A DNA stretch of 64,000 nucleotides from Diplonema japonicum (taxonomy: Eukaryota > Protista > Euglenozoa: Diplonemea), in NCBI GenBank assembly GCA_964019335.1, contig OZ025649.1, forward strand, positions 310,001 through 374,000, written 5' to 3'. The notes under the pieces were generated by a model that was not told the origin of the DNA, searched no databases, and worked only from the letters and a program-made list of their open reading frames with translations. The position numbers and the translations under genes were made by a program. Position 1 is the stretch's first letter. Each line of letters begins with the position of its first letter. Positions 1 through 10,633 of this stretch are shown here, one piece after another.

Positions 1-2
1 CG

Positions 3-2540
3 CTCGCCACCTCCAACGCCATCGAGACTTACAAGAAAGAGATCCTTGCCAAAGAGCAAAAGCTGCAACAAGAACTCCAAACCACAGCAAGTCTCAAAAA
101 GACCATCGAGCAGCTCCAAGCAGAAGTCACCCGCCTTACTGCCGCACCCGAGCCCCAGTCAGTCCTTGCCCCACATTCACAATCGCTGAGGCCGCACACC
201 CCCAGGAACAAAGAACTCAATACATGCAAAGAACAACTCGCCGATCTCATGGCAGAAATGAGCACCCTCCGTGAGGAGCTCGCCAGCACTGAGACGGAGC
301 GAGACTACGTCGAGAAGGAGCTCGCTGCGCTGCGGGTGTCCATCAAGACGGACATACAAAACGTCATGCGGCAGCACACCGAACTGTATGAATCGGAGGC
401 AACATCGGTGCGTGACAGGTATCACTCAGAAATCGAGAGCCTGACGCATGCCTTGCGCAAGGTCACCGACGAGAGGGATGTGTTGTTGGAGGCTAAAAAA
501 GCTGCAGAAGCAGCGGCTTCTTCTGCAGAACCCGTCACCCAGCCGCTCAGTTATATCCCGCAGGCTACTGACACACACCTCAGCAAGATGGCAGTGATGC
601 TACTTGAGGCGACAGCTGAGAAGGAACAACTGCTGAAGAGTGGTGCTGTGGGCAGTATGCAAATTGACAAGATTGTGGTTGCCCAGGAAGGTACAGTGCG
701 ACAAGTGATGGAAGCGGTCAGCGGGATGGCACAAGGCATGGTGCAGGGCCTTGTGGGCACCATGTGCAAGACCATACTGCGCGAGGTCAGTTTGTCGAGG
801 AGGCTGCTGCAGACGGAGCACACGCCGGAAGTGAACAACCACAATGCACAGCGGCGGAAGACAAAGTTCAAGAAACTCAGCAGCAAGAGCTCAGTGAACC
901 AGCTGAGCAAGCTGGTATCCCGGACAATGGCAGAGCTCGCTGAGTCTAAGCAGGTAAGTACCCAGACCCTCCCCATGCCCAATCCTGTGATGGACGTGCT
1001 GGAAGATGAGCTTTGCGACGTGAAAGGACAGCTGAAGGAAACTACAGTGATACTCAAAGACACTCAGGCCGTATCTGAGAAGCTTGCAATAGATCTGCAG
1101 CTAAAGCAAAATGAGGCAGAAGACGTACGATACGAAGTGAAAGATCTAGAAGAGGCGCTGAAGTCCTTGAAGTCTGACTACAATAAGGTTCTCATGCGTG
1201 TAACTGTAAAGAAGCAGAACAAAGAGTGCACAGCTGCCCCGGTAACAGTAAATATGAGGCAGCAGACAGAAAAGTGCGCCATGGTCAACAGTGGGGTGAT
1301 GTGCTGCCCGGATGTCAAGCACAAAGGTTGTGGTGGTGTAGCCTACACAATGAAGCACTGCGCAGTACAAGTCGACGCAGGCATGACACCGATGAGCATA
1401 GCTGCAACAGAGCCGCTGGCTTTGTATGCAGCAAAGGGGATCCAAACTGAGCAAGAACATACACCACCTTCGTTGTGTCCTAGTTGCAGTAATGCCATGT
1501 GTGATGCTGATGCTGATGCTGATGCTAATGGTATTGATAATGGAATTGCTAATGCTAATGCTGATACCGGTGCTGTGGGCATTTCTACAGCGCCACGCCT
1601 TGCAAGGCATGTGAAGAAGGTGCTTGATGCCACACGCCTCACGAATTATGCGAACTCGCAAAAGGTGGCCATCATCAATTTCGACAATGTGTTTGTGAGG
1701 GGCAAAGAAAAAGAGATCGGGGGTCCCAGGGGGAGCCCTAGGGGAAGCCCGAGGACCCCGAAAAATATTCGTTTGGAGAACGCACAAGAGGAAAAAACAG
1801 GGCACAACGAGGAGCACGACAGGGAGCACATCAAGACACCGATTGACATTGACGAGACGAGCAACTGTACATCGCCAAGGAGAGCGGCACATGAAGTGGA
1901 GCAGAGGGATGTGTCACCGCCACCACCGAGGGAAAGGAACGCTCAGGTTGGATATGACCATGGATCGCCGTCACACCGAGCCCAGAGAGCGGACATGGTG
2001 AAAGAGGAGGCTCTGGCAAGAGAGTTCCCAAAGGAGTCAGGAACAATGCACCAGGTACCTTTCGTGATCGAGACCGAGGGACCGAAGCAGATCAACCTGA
2101 GTGCCCTCCCCTACAGGATCACCGTGATGCCAACTATTACATCAGGAGACAGCATGGTTGTCGAACAGCCTAGAGCACGAGTCAATTACAAACGATCCCT
2201 CAAGACAGCGGCTCTCAAGAGTGTTGCAATGACAAGCATCGCGGCAGCAGGGACCGAGGAAGTTCTCCTCGCTGAGCTTCCTTCTCTGCCGGTGCACACT
2301 TCTCTCCTACAAAGACCGTCATCGGCGCCCTCCTCCCGTCCCCTTAAACCCGACCCTTCACCTAGTGATGCGGATCCCATTCAGAAGCCGGGCTTTTCCA
2401 AACCCAAACCCCTTCCTAAGAAGATGGCCTTGACCCAAATCGGCACTTCGATCACAAATCTCATTTACACACCGAACTTCGGCACCATCAAAGGAGAGAC
2501 CCTCTCAAAGGCCCCTTGTACCGTGCATAGACCGAAATAG
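3..2540 (+). CDS. Coiled-coil hypothetical protein, 5' partial (frame open from window start)
   Basis: The frame of ORF 249..2540 stays open back to position 3 (LATSNAIETYKKEILAKEQKLQQ...). Heptad-rich N-half, Pro/Ser-rich C-half. Confidence 0.8.
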   Translation, partial: LATSNAIETYKKEILAKEQKLQQELQTTASLKKTIEQLQAEVTRLTAAPEPQSVLAPHSQSLRPHTPRNKELNTCKEQLADLMAEMSTLREELASTETERDYVEKELAALRVSIKTDIQNVMRQHTELYESEATSVRDRYHSEIESLTHALRKVTDERDVLLEAKKAAEAAASSAEPVTQPLSYIPQATDTHLSKMAVMLLEATAEKEQLLKSGAVGSMQIDKIVVAQEGTVRQVMEAVSGMAQGMVQGLVGTMCKTILREVSLSRRLLQTEHTPEVNNHNAQRRKTKFKKLSSKSSVNQLSKLVSRTMAELAESKQVSTQTLPMPNPVMDVLEDELCDVKGQLKETTVILKDTQAVSEKLAIDLQLKQNEAEDVRYEVKDLEEALKSLKSDYNKVLMRVTVKKQNKECTAAPVTVNMRQQTEKCAMVNSGVMCCPDVKHKGCGGVAYTMKHCAVQVDAGMTPMSIAATEPLALYAAKGIQTEQEHTPPSLCPSCSNAMCDADADADANGIDNGIANANADTGAVGISTAPRLARHVKKVLDATRLTNYANSQKVAIINFDNVFVRGKEKEIGGPRGSPRGSPRTPKNIRLENAQEEKTGHNEEHDREHIKTPIDIDETSNCTSPRRAAHEVEQRDVSPPPPRERNAQVGYDHGSPSHRAQRADMVKEEALAREFPKESGTMHQVPFVIETEGPKQINLSALPYRITVMPTITSGDSMVVEQPRARVNYKRSLKTAALKSVAMTSIAAAGTEEVLLAELPSLPVHTSLLQRPSSAPSSRPLKPDPSPSDADPIQKPGFSKPKPLPKKMALTQIGTSITNLIYTPNFGTIKGETLSKAPCTVHRPK
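1502..1565 (+). repeat. Coding (GATGCT/GCTAAT)n microsatellite encoding DADADADANG...ANANAD
   Basis: Hexamer repeat visible in sequence. Confidence 0.8.
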
Positions 2541-2599
2541 TGAAGTTGCATAGCTGAGATGTTTATTTGTAGTGTCAATAAGTAATCTTATACAGCAAG

Positions 2600-3334
2600 A
2601 TGGGCCAACAACTTGTGAAGTCGCCTAAGACGCCTAAAAGGGAACAGGTGCCGGCACCGGCACTGGATGCCAAGAAGAAGAAAAAAGAGAAAAAAGTGGA
2701 AACCGATGAATGGGAAGAGATGCTGAAGAGGATCAAGCCTGAGAAACTGATAAAACATTGCGTGAAGTCAATAGCGGAGCTGACGGACGAACAAACGACG
2801 CTGGTACGGCGAGAGGTGTCAAAGTACGAGAAGGGACAAGTGCCCGCGATGCACCTGCTGCTGTCTACAATAAGGGAGGAATTGAATGTCCCGTGGTATC
2901 TGAATGGGGTGGCAGAACAGGCAAAAGTGATACTAGAAGCAGAGAAAAGCATCTGCTACATGCTGCAAGGGGACAATTTAGTAACATACCTGTACATAGA
3001 GGATAAAGAGTACAAGATAGTAATCCCCAGTTCTGCAGGTGTTCCTGGTGACTGTCTGGAGGCTGCCGCCCCTGTGGTCTCGACCATCTGTGACAGGTCC
3101 ACGGACGTATACAGTAACTTCACCACAACCTCCATCCTTGCATGTCCCATTCAAAGCGGCGGCAAGCCTGTGGGAGTCCTGCAAGTAATCAACAAGAACA
3201 CTGGCGACCCCTTCTCACATGACGACGAGGTTCTCATCCAATCTCTCAGCCACCTTGCCTCCCGCTCCTTCACTGTGCTGGATTGTTCGTTCGAACAAGA
3301 CGAGCAAGCTGACATCGAGGAGACCCTCCCGTAG
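2600..3334 (+). CDS. Stand-alone GAF-domain protein (PDE-type GAF), possible N-myristoylation
   Basis: SILACPI..GKPVGVLQVINK..GDPFSHDDEVLIQSL matches the GAF NKFDE motif. N-terminus is MGQQ plus a Lys-rich patch. Confidence 0.8.
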   Translation: MGQQLVKSPKTPKREQVPAPALDAKKKKKEKKVETDEWEEMLKRIKPEKLIKHCVKSIAELTDEQTTLVRREVSKYEKGQVPAMHLLLSTIREELNVPWYLNGVAEQAKVILEAEKSICYMLQGDNLVTYLYIEDKEYKIVIPSSAGVPGDCLEAAAPVVSTICDRSTDVYSNFTTTSILACPIQSGGKPVGVLQVINKNTGDPFSHDDEVLIQSLSHLASRSFTVLDCSFEQDEQADIEETLP

Positions 3335-3420
3335 TGTCTGTTTCCACCGACATTTCTTAGTTTAGTTTTCCCGCTCCACAACATTTGTTGCATGACTCAT
3401 GACAGGCCATTTGCCGAAAC

Positions 3421-3975
3421 ATGGAAACGCCAAGCTCCAAGCTCCACGAAGCTGTTCAGCAAGCGCTGCAGACCCTTGCTATGCAGAACGAGCGTCTTGA
3501 AGAATTCCACAAGCAGTCGCTCAGATGGCACAAGCAGCACAACGAGCTCCTGGTGGAGATAGGCGATCTTGTCAGAAAGGCAAAACAAACCGTGACCACT
3601 CCTATAGTGGAACCCGAGAAAGCCCTGCCAGAGATGGTAGATGATCTACTGGCAAAAGGGGATACTGAAGGGCTCAGGAGTGCGTTGCAGCGTATTGGGC
3701 TGGGCCAGTGGAAGTCCTTCGGGGACGTGAGGTTTGCTCGTCTGTTGCCATACCTCACTGCTTGGCTTCGAGACTCTTCCATGTCCCGACCGGCGCTTTC
3801 CATGATCTACGAGGGCACAAAGATGTGGGGCGAGGTGTTGTCACACCCCAGCAACGCTCCCGTGCACTCGTCCCTTGTCACAGCGCTTCAGGCGCTCTCT
3901 GCACAGCCGTCTGACGTCCGTGAAGACATCCTCGACCTCCTGCACGCCGTCGAAGGGTACAGGGCAAGGTACTAG
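3421..3975 (+). CDS. Hypothetical helical protein (184 aa)
   Basis: Clean ORF, coding-like composition, co-oriented with neighbours. Confidence 0.7.
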   Translation: METPSSKLHEAVQQALQTLAMQNERLEEFHKQSLRWHKQHNELLVEIGDLVRKAKQTVTTPIVEPEKALPEMVDDLLAKGDTEGLRSALQRIGLGQWKSFGDVRFARLLPYLTAWLRDSSMSRPALSMIYEGTKMWGEVLSHPSNAPVHSSLVTALQALSAQPSDVREDILDLLHAVEGYRARY

Positions 3976-4072
3976 GCGCACTGAGCGCACCCATCTTTCA
4001 TCTCATTCCACTAGCACATATTCTTTTATCGCTTGTTTTCCTTTTTAATCAACACACCACAGCACCCTAAGC

Positions 4073-6793
4073 ATGGTGGCATTGGGGGATGTCGAGTCGA
4101 AGGCACAAAGGAGCTCCTACCTGGCGGTGGACAGGTGGCAGCATGAAGGGGAGGATGATGGGGTAAGGTACGAGAGGGAAAAGGTGGACAGCGCAAGAGA
4201 TCTGCATGGAAGGGAAAGCGAGAAAGAGATACACGGGCGGCAGGACTCGCGGACAAGGGAGAGCGTGTCGTCGCACGGGACGAAGTCGTCGCAAGGAAAG
4301 GTCAGCACAGGAAAGGAGAGCACAGGGAGGATGTCGACTGCAACGTCGGCAACGGTAGTGTCGAAGCGGACTGCGTGGTCGTTGTCGCCGCCGCCTTCAA
4401 AGGCGCATTCACGGTCGCAGTCGGGGTCGCGGGGGGCGTCGCCGTCATCAAGGCTGTACCCTGTGACGCACGCCTCTCACTGCAGCACCACGTTGATGGA
4501 ACGCTCACGCGGTTCACGAAAGAACCCGCCTGAGAAATGGGGTCCTCTTGGCGAGCTGCAGCAGCAGCAGCTCCACATGCCCCGCACACGGTCGTCGTCG
4601 AGGGATGCGGTTCGAACAGCCCCCAAGGTGCGGTCATTGTCACCATCAGTCCCCTCGTCTACATCTTCCTACCTGAAGTCCAGCACGGGGAAGGCTTCGT
4701 CTCGTGCGTCTTCGCTGACACGGAAGAAGGCAACCCCGCCACGTGCTGCGCATTCACCAGTAACCCACGTCCCCAAGGCACAGTACATGTTGCTGCAGTA
4801 CTCCGTCATCATGAGTTCGGAAGAAGCAGCACGCAGCACACTGATGTGGGCTGAGGAGACTGCACGGAATGTATGTTTGGTTTTTCTTTTTTTTCTTTAT
4901 CGTTGTGCACGGCCAGTGAGATCGATACTTGTTACACGAGGCTATCAGAAGCTGTGGAGCAGTTTTATCATGCAAGCAAAGCGCAGATGGGGTTACGTGC
5001 GTGAACCGAAGCTAAGAGAGTTGGTAGCGCCATCGACCAGTGGAGGATGCGGTGCAGCGACTTGGAAGGAGCACAAGCACGCATTACTCAAAGGAAAGAT
5101 AAATAGCTTCCTCTCGCGCCTTGGAGACTACGAAGGGATGCTCCCATATGATGTCCGGAACCAATTGAAGAAAGTGGAAAAGTACGCGATAGGGATTGGC
5201 GTGCATCCAAAGAAAAGCAACATGGAGCAGTGGACATGCGTTGGGGACATTACAAAAGAGCTCATGGTGATGAGGGAGAGGGCCCACAAGACGTACGCCA
5301 AGGAACTGCAACGAATAAAGTCCAAACGCGCGAAGGCGGAAGAGGCCAGAATCTTGTCATCTTTCGGAAGAGAGAGGAAGAGGATTACTGCATTTCTGAA
5401 GTCTGGTGACGCTGCTGATATGATGAAGGCGAAGACAACAGAACAAATTAACGACGGGAAAACCATGACAGCGAGCAACGAACAGATGCTAGAGGCACTG
5501 CAAAGCAAGTGGGATGGTATATTCTGCATGTACAAGGGAAAGCAACAGCCAAGGTACAAACAATTCAAAGAGAAGTACAAGGAGTACATCACCGGCCACG
5601 AGATGGAATGCTCCGAGATAACATGTGCTGATCTGCGCGAGGTGCTGAAGAAGACCAAAGGCAACCACTCATGTGGGGTTGATGGCTGGAGATTCGCCGA
5701 AATAGAGGCACTACCTGACACTCTGCTCGAAGGGGTTGCAAGCCTCCTCAACGCCATTGAAAGGACGGGAATATGGCCAGAACCGGTGCTCACCGCCTTA
5801 GTACAAGGGTGCCCCCTGTCAGCGGTCCTCATCAACGCCCTCTTGTCAGTGCTGGTAGCGGACATGGAGGAGAGCACCGATGCCATCGTAACCTCATACG
5901 CCGACGACCTCACTGCGGTGTCCAAGGAAGGGGAGAAGCCGATACAAGAAGCGATGAACGTTGCCAAGATGTTCTGCATGATCACCGGGATGATCATAAG
6001 CAAACCAAAGACGTTAACATTCTCGACGAAGAAGGGAAACGTGTCCAGAGTGAAGGATGGTGAGTTCACTTATGCATTGACGAAAGCAGTGAAAGTGCTC
6101 ACAAGCGGGCCACAAAAGGGTCTCGAACGCGATAGAGATGGCAAGACGGCTAGGAGCGACACAACTACCATTCGTGAAAAAGTCGTTGATAGTGGCACAG
6201 AACATCATCCCGGCAGCCCTCTATGGTGTTTTGTACGAGCCACCAACGAAGCAACGCCTAGAAGACCTAAGGATAGCAGTGACAGATGCTCTATGGGGAC
6301 CCAAGTACGCGACTCGTTCATCACCGACCTACTGAACGTGGTACTCCCAGGCCATACACATGATCCGGTGATGGCAGCGATGTACAGGATGTTGGGTGCC
6401 TACACCAAGTTGATGAAGAAAGCCCCGGTGAGGAGAAGATGCAGAAGGATAAAAAAAACTGCTGAAGAAGGTGCACAGCAAAAGAGGCGTAGGACCGGTG
6501 AGCAACCTAAAGCGCAGTGTACTTCAGCCAGCGCAGTTAAGAAGTTGCTCGTACGCCAGGCGGTTTATGAAGCAACCAAAGTCATTCTTCTTCTTTTTTT
6601 TTTTTTTTTTTTTTTTTTTTCACGCATTTCACAGTGGTTCGAAGACGTGGCCATCAGCACCCTGCCCTCGGAAGTTGTGATGATGCGCCCCCCTGACGAC
6701 TGTGTCGCACTCAGTTCGGGGCTGGACCCAGAGCAGCGGCAGACCCTCTCGCGGCAGCTGCTCACCTTATATGATTCCTTGAATGGTGCGTGA
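4073..6793 (+). CDS. Ser/Arg-rich hypothetical protein; predicted exons 4073-4870 and 6635-6793, intron 4871-6634 containing a retroelement
   Basis: Donor AAT|GTATGT at 4871 and acceptor T-tract...TTTCACAG|TGG at 6634. Phase-0 splice gives EETARN|WFEDVAIST. Confidence 0.65.
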   Translation: MVALGDVESKAQRSSYLAVDRWQHEGEDDGVRYEREKVDSARDLHGRESEKEIHGRQDSRTRESVSSHGTKSSQGKVSTGKESTGRMSTATSATVVSKRTAWSLSPPPSKAHSRSQSGSRGASPSSRLYPVTHASHCSTTLMERSRGSRKNPPEKWGPLGELQQQQLHMPRTRSSSRDAVRTAPKVRSLSPSVPSSTSSYLKSSTGKASSRASSLTRKKATPPRAAHSPVTHVPKAQYMLLQYSVIMSSEEAARSTLMWAEETARNVCLVFLFFLYRCARPVRSILVTRGYQKLWSSFIMQAKRRWGYVREPKLRELVAPSTSGGCGAATWKEHKHALLKGKINSFLSRLGDYEGMLPYDVRNQLKKVEKYAIGIGVHPKKSNMEQWTCVGDITKELMVMRERAHKTYAKELQRIKSKRAKAEEARILSSFGRERKRITAFLKSGDAADMMKAKTTEQINDGKTMTASNEQMLEALQSKWDGIFCMYKGKQQPRYKQFKEKYKEYITGHEMECSEITCADLREVLKKTKGNHSCGVDGWRFAEIEALPDTLLEGVASLLNAIERTGIWPEPVLTALVQGCPLSAVLINALLSVLVADMEESTDAIVTSYADDLTAVSKEGEKPIQEAMNVAKMFCMITGMIISKPKTLTFSTKKGNVSRVKDGEFTYALTKAVKVLTSGPQKGLERDRDGKTARSDTTTIREKVVDSGTEHHPGSPLWCFVRATNEATPRRPKDSSDRCSMGTQVRDSFITDLLNVVLPGHTHDPVMAAMYRMLGAYTKLMKKAPVRRRCRRIKKTAEEGAQQKRRRTGEQPKAQCTSASAVKKLLVRQAVYEATKVILLLFFFFFFFFSRISQWFEDVAISTLPSEVVMMRPPDDCVALSSGLDPEQRQTLSRQLLTLYDSLNGA
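4900..6585 (+). mobile_element. Degenerate non-LTR (LINE-like) retrotransposon fragment with partial reverse transcriptase
   Basis: SCGVDGW, GIWPEPV, QGCPLS (5804), YADD (5897-5908), TGMIISKPKT, VKVL. Post-RT IPAALYG...ALWG lies in an alternative frame (6138-6335). RT subdomains 2-3 are missing. Boundaries approximate. Confidence 0.85.
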
Positions 6794-7642
6794 AGCGAAG
6801 CTATTTCCCCCTATTTCTTTTTAATTTATATAGGCTAAAAAAAGGCTACATAATCGAAAGGGTCGTCAAGAAAAGGTGTGCTGGTCTCAATGCACCCCGG
6901 GTATTTTTAAAAAAAAAGAAGGGAAGAAAGAAAGAAACCAGAAAATAATTTCCGCCACCCAAAAGTTGGGTCCACCTTTATCTCTAAAAAAAATAAACTT
7001 GCAGGTGATCTTGCATCACTGACTGCAATGTCTTCTTTCCTTTCCCCATTCTACACACTTAAGTTTTTGTTTTTGTTTTTTTGTTTTCTCTTTTTATGGT
7101 AGATTGAATAGTAGATTTATTGCGATTTTTTTTTTCCCCTGCGCTTTTATATCTCTAATGTGTTTCGAGGCACTCGTCAGGAATCTTGCCGAGTTAGAGG
7201 AAAAGGAAGTTTACGCTTAGGCTTATTTCTCCCCCCCCCCCCCGGAGATTCCTTGTGCGACAACGCGAAAGAGACTTTCGGTGTTATTTCTCTTCTAGTT
7301 GTGTGACAATCCAATTGATGGGTAGTAGTTCCTTTAATAAGTGTGAAAGAGAGCATTGATCCAGGGAGGGGGGGGGGAAGGACAAGATAACAGAGGGAAG
7401 GGATATAAAAACGAATTTCTTTCTTTTCTTTTCGTTCCCCCCTTTTTTTTTCCCCACCCCTTCTCCTTCAAACCCCAAACATGCCCCTTATGTTACTCTG
7501 TTTTGATAATCAGTCTTTTGCCGGTAGTTGCACCAGTACGTGTAAGGACACATTCCAACTGGGAGCCATCAAAGGACGGGACGGCACAACCTGTAGTAAA
7601 AGGAAGAATATTCTTCAAGGGAAAGTAAAATAAAAAGTAAAA

Positions 7643-9222
7643 ATGGCACCTAAAAAACAACTAAAGAAGTTGAGCTTCACAGAAAGGGAGGACCCTATGA
7701 TTGCGCCAGTGGAGAGGGTATGCCCCCCCTCCCTCCCTTCTTTTTTAATTTGTTACTCAAAAAAAAAAAAAAAAAAAAATAGAAATACACGGAACAAGTT
7801 TTTTTCGAGAAATGGCAGGAGTGCCTGGATGACAGCAAAGGCTGGAATTTCAGCGAGATGAAGAAGAGGCTTGACTCCAAGCCTGCCGAGCAGACGTGGT
7901 ACGTTATCAAGAGTGTGGAGACCTTCCCTGCGGAAGATGACAGCGTCCCGTTTGTGCCCAATTTCATTATCTTTAGCCACGAGGCCGACCCCGATGCCAG
8001 GGTGACCCCTCAAGCACCGCGACTCTGCATGCGAGCTGCCAAGAAGACCCCTGACATGGACGAGGAAGCCTTCATGACTGAGGACATCGTCGACATGAAA
8101 GGATCGCAGGAGTGGAGGGCCTTGGAGGGACACGACAATGTGTACGTCCTGTGCAACGTAAGCGAGGACACAACGGCGATCAAGGCGCTTGGGTTCGGTG
8201 CGGGGCAGGGCGGGTTCCTCCCTGTGGAGGACACCAAGAAGCGGGCAAGGGAGGAAGACAGCGACGACAAAGACGCTAAGAAACAGAAAACGGAAGAACG
8301 CGAAAACAAGTTCTCATTCAACTCAACCTCGACACCCAACTTCTCTGGCAACTTCGGTGCCCCTGCCGCTCCTGCTGGCAACTTTGGTGCCCCTGCTGGC
8401 AACTTCGGCGCCCCTGCTGCTTCAGGCTTCGACTTCAGCACTCCATCCACAGGGTTCGATTTCGGTGCCCCTGCCACTTCAGGGCCCACTGCACACATCG
8501 ATGAGACTGTGTACCCTGTCTTGTGGACTCCTGAGATCATTGAGGACACAAGGAAGGAGATCAGCGCAGGCATGAAGATCATTGCTATGTACGAAACGGA
8601 GGGGTTCAAGTTGAAGGTCAAGATAGACTGCGACCTGGAGTTTGCGAAGAAGCTCAAGGAGGCAAAGCACGTCCCGATCATCAGGGCGCTGATCGAAAAG
8701 AAGGTGCTCGAGGCGTCCGACGAGTTCAAAGCCCTCAAGGAGGAGTACCAAGGGGACAACGTGGCCTACGACGGTGTCGAGGAACACGAGAGGATGCAGG
8801 CAGAGTTCAAAAAGAAACGTTCTGCGCTCCTGGCAGGCGACGAGTTGAAAAAACAGGTTAAATCCTATGAAAAGGAGCACATGTCCGGGATTGTGTCCTT
8901 CCTCCGGCCTATCGTGAAGGCCAGGATTGAAAGGATTGATGATTTCAGGTCCATGCTTACTGCGATTAACAAGGAAACAAAGGAGAAGCGCATGCTCGAC
9001 CGCTCAGCTGTACACGTTATCAGGATGTTGCCCGAGAAAGATTCGAAGGGGGCCCACTGTGCCTTCCGTCCCTGCAAAAAAATCAACAAAGCAATTGGTG
9101 CGGCTGACGAATGCTACCCAGAGGTATGGAAGAAAAGAGGAGGGGAAAAAAAAAAAAAAAACCAGGAACAAGTTCAAATCAACCCTCTTACTGGCCTGCC
9201 CATGCCTACGAACTTTGTCTGA
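7643..9222 (+). CDS. HIT4 (heat-intolerant 4)-like protein with internal FG repeats; introns 7718-7782 and 9124-9165
   Basis: Splicing joins MAPKK...PVER|KYTEQVFFEKWQE..GWNFSEM into the frame of ORF 7858. Motif order (W.F, VP...F, EDIVDMK..W, NVYVL, KINK.IG.A) recalls the HIT4 family, from memory only. Confidence 0.55.
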
Positions 9223-9359
9223 AAACAATATTTTTATCAATAGTGTTTGAAGGGGTTTTTTTTCTTCTTCCCATATTTTTTTTTTTTTTTTTTTTGTCCA
9301 GGGTTTGTACCAGTGTGCACAAACAAATACTAAATACCGACTCTTCCCCCGCCTCATTT

Positions 9360-9401
<42 letters not shown>

Positions 9402-9564
9402 GGTCACAATACTGCTATTTGTCTGCTTCTGTTAAGAGGCGAATGACTATCCATGTTTCTCCCCCTTTCCCCTTTGCTGCTTTTTTTTTTATATCTCAGC
9501 AGTTTTTTTCCCCTCTCCTCTGCTCTTTACAAAAAATTAAGAAGGAAAGGGGGAATAAGAAAAT

Positions 9565-9677
9565 ATGGCAGTTGCTGTGTGGGGGCAGACCGATGACTTG
9601 CTTAACGTCAACTTCGTGAAGGATCTTAAGAAGAAGGACGGGATGGAAAAAGAAATATTGGATGGTATTTAGAGGGG

Positions 9678-9716
<39 letters not shown>

Positions 9717-10633
9717 TAGAGCAAATGAGCCTCGCAGATGTAAAGATCCCCATCTGCCCCAAGCCCTCCAGCATTCCTACTCTCAAGCTCAACAAGGGTA
9801 CCACCACCCTCGGTTTCCAGTACAACGGAGGTGTGATTATTGCTGTGGACTCCAGAGCATCGACAGGGCAGTACATTGGTATTATAATACTTTTCAAGAG
9901 AAAAAAAAAAAACCTCTCCACTCACAGCCTCCTCCACCACCATGAAGGTGATTGAGATCAACAACTACATGCTGGGTACTATGGCGGGTGGTGCCGCAGA
10001 TTGTCAATTTTGGCACAGAGTGGTGGGTCAGGAGTGCAGGCTGTGGGAGCTGAGGTACGTTTCTTTTTTTCTTTTTTTTCTTTTTTTTTTCCCCTTTTTT
10101 TCTTTCCCGACTTCACACGCACACACACAGAAACAACCAGAGGATCACCATCGCTGCCGCGAGCAAAATTATGTGGAACATTCTGTACCAGTACAGAAAC
10201 CACGGGTTGAGTGTGGTATGCAAGAAAAAAAATAAAAAAGAAAATGCCCCACACCGACACACACTAGGGGACCATGGTGGCAGGGTGGGGGTCACAGGGG
10301 CCCTCTCTGTACATGATGGATGATTCTGGTACAAGATTGAAGGGCAACCTCTTTTCCGTTGGCTCTGGGTCGATCTACGCCTACGGGGTTCTCGATGCCG
10401 ATTACAGGGAGGACCTCACGGACGAGGAAGCTATCGCTTTGGGACGAAGGGCCATTCTCCACGCCACTCACAGAGACGCAGGCTCTGGTGGTGCCATTCA
10501 GGTCTACCGCATCCACAAGCCCGATGAAAATGGCAACTCCTGGACAAAGGAGCTGAGAGAAGACTGCATGTCGCTGTGGGAAAAGGCACAGGCGGATAAA
10601 TCGATGGCCAAGCATGGCCCCCTGGACCCATAG
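9565..10633 (+). CDS. PSMB5: 20S proteasome subunit beta5 (chymotrypsin-like); introns 9665-9719, 9879-9927, 10055-10130, 10216-10267
   Basis: Propeptide then KG|[51 protein letters not shown]. All four GT-AG introns restore the frame. Confidence 0.95.

Noticed and set aside
4900-6585. Group II intron, retron or DGR interpretation of the intron-borne RT
   Set aside because: The boundaries are spliceosomal GT-AG, the motifs (GxDGW, WP, QGCPLS, post-RT LYG) are LINE-like, and no domain V hairpin or template/variable repeat pair was seen.
6794-7640. Extra 3' exons or snoRNAs downstream of the RT-host gene
   Set aside because: GT/AG combinations exist but are ambiguous; no convincing C/D or AGA-box guide could be supported.
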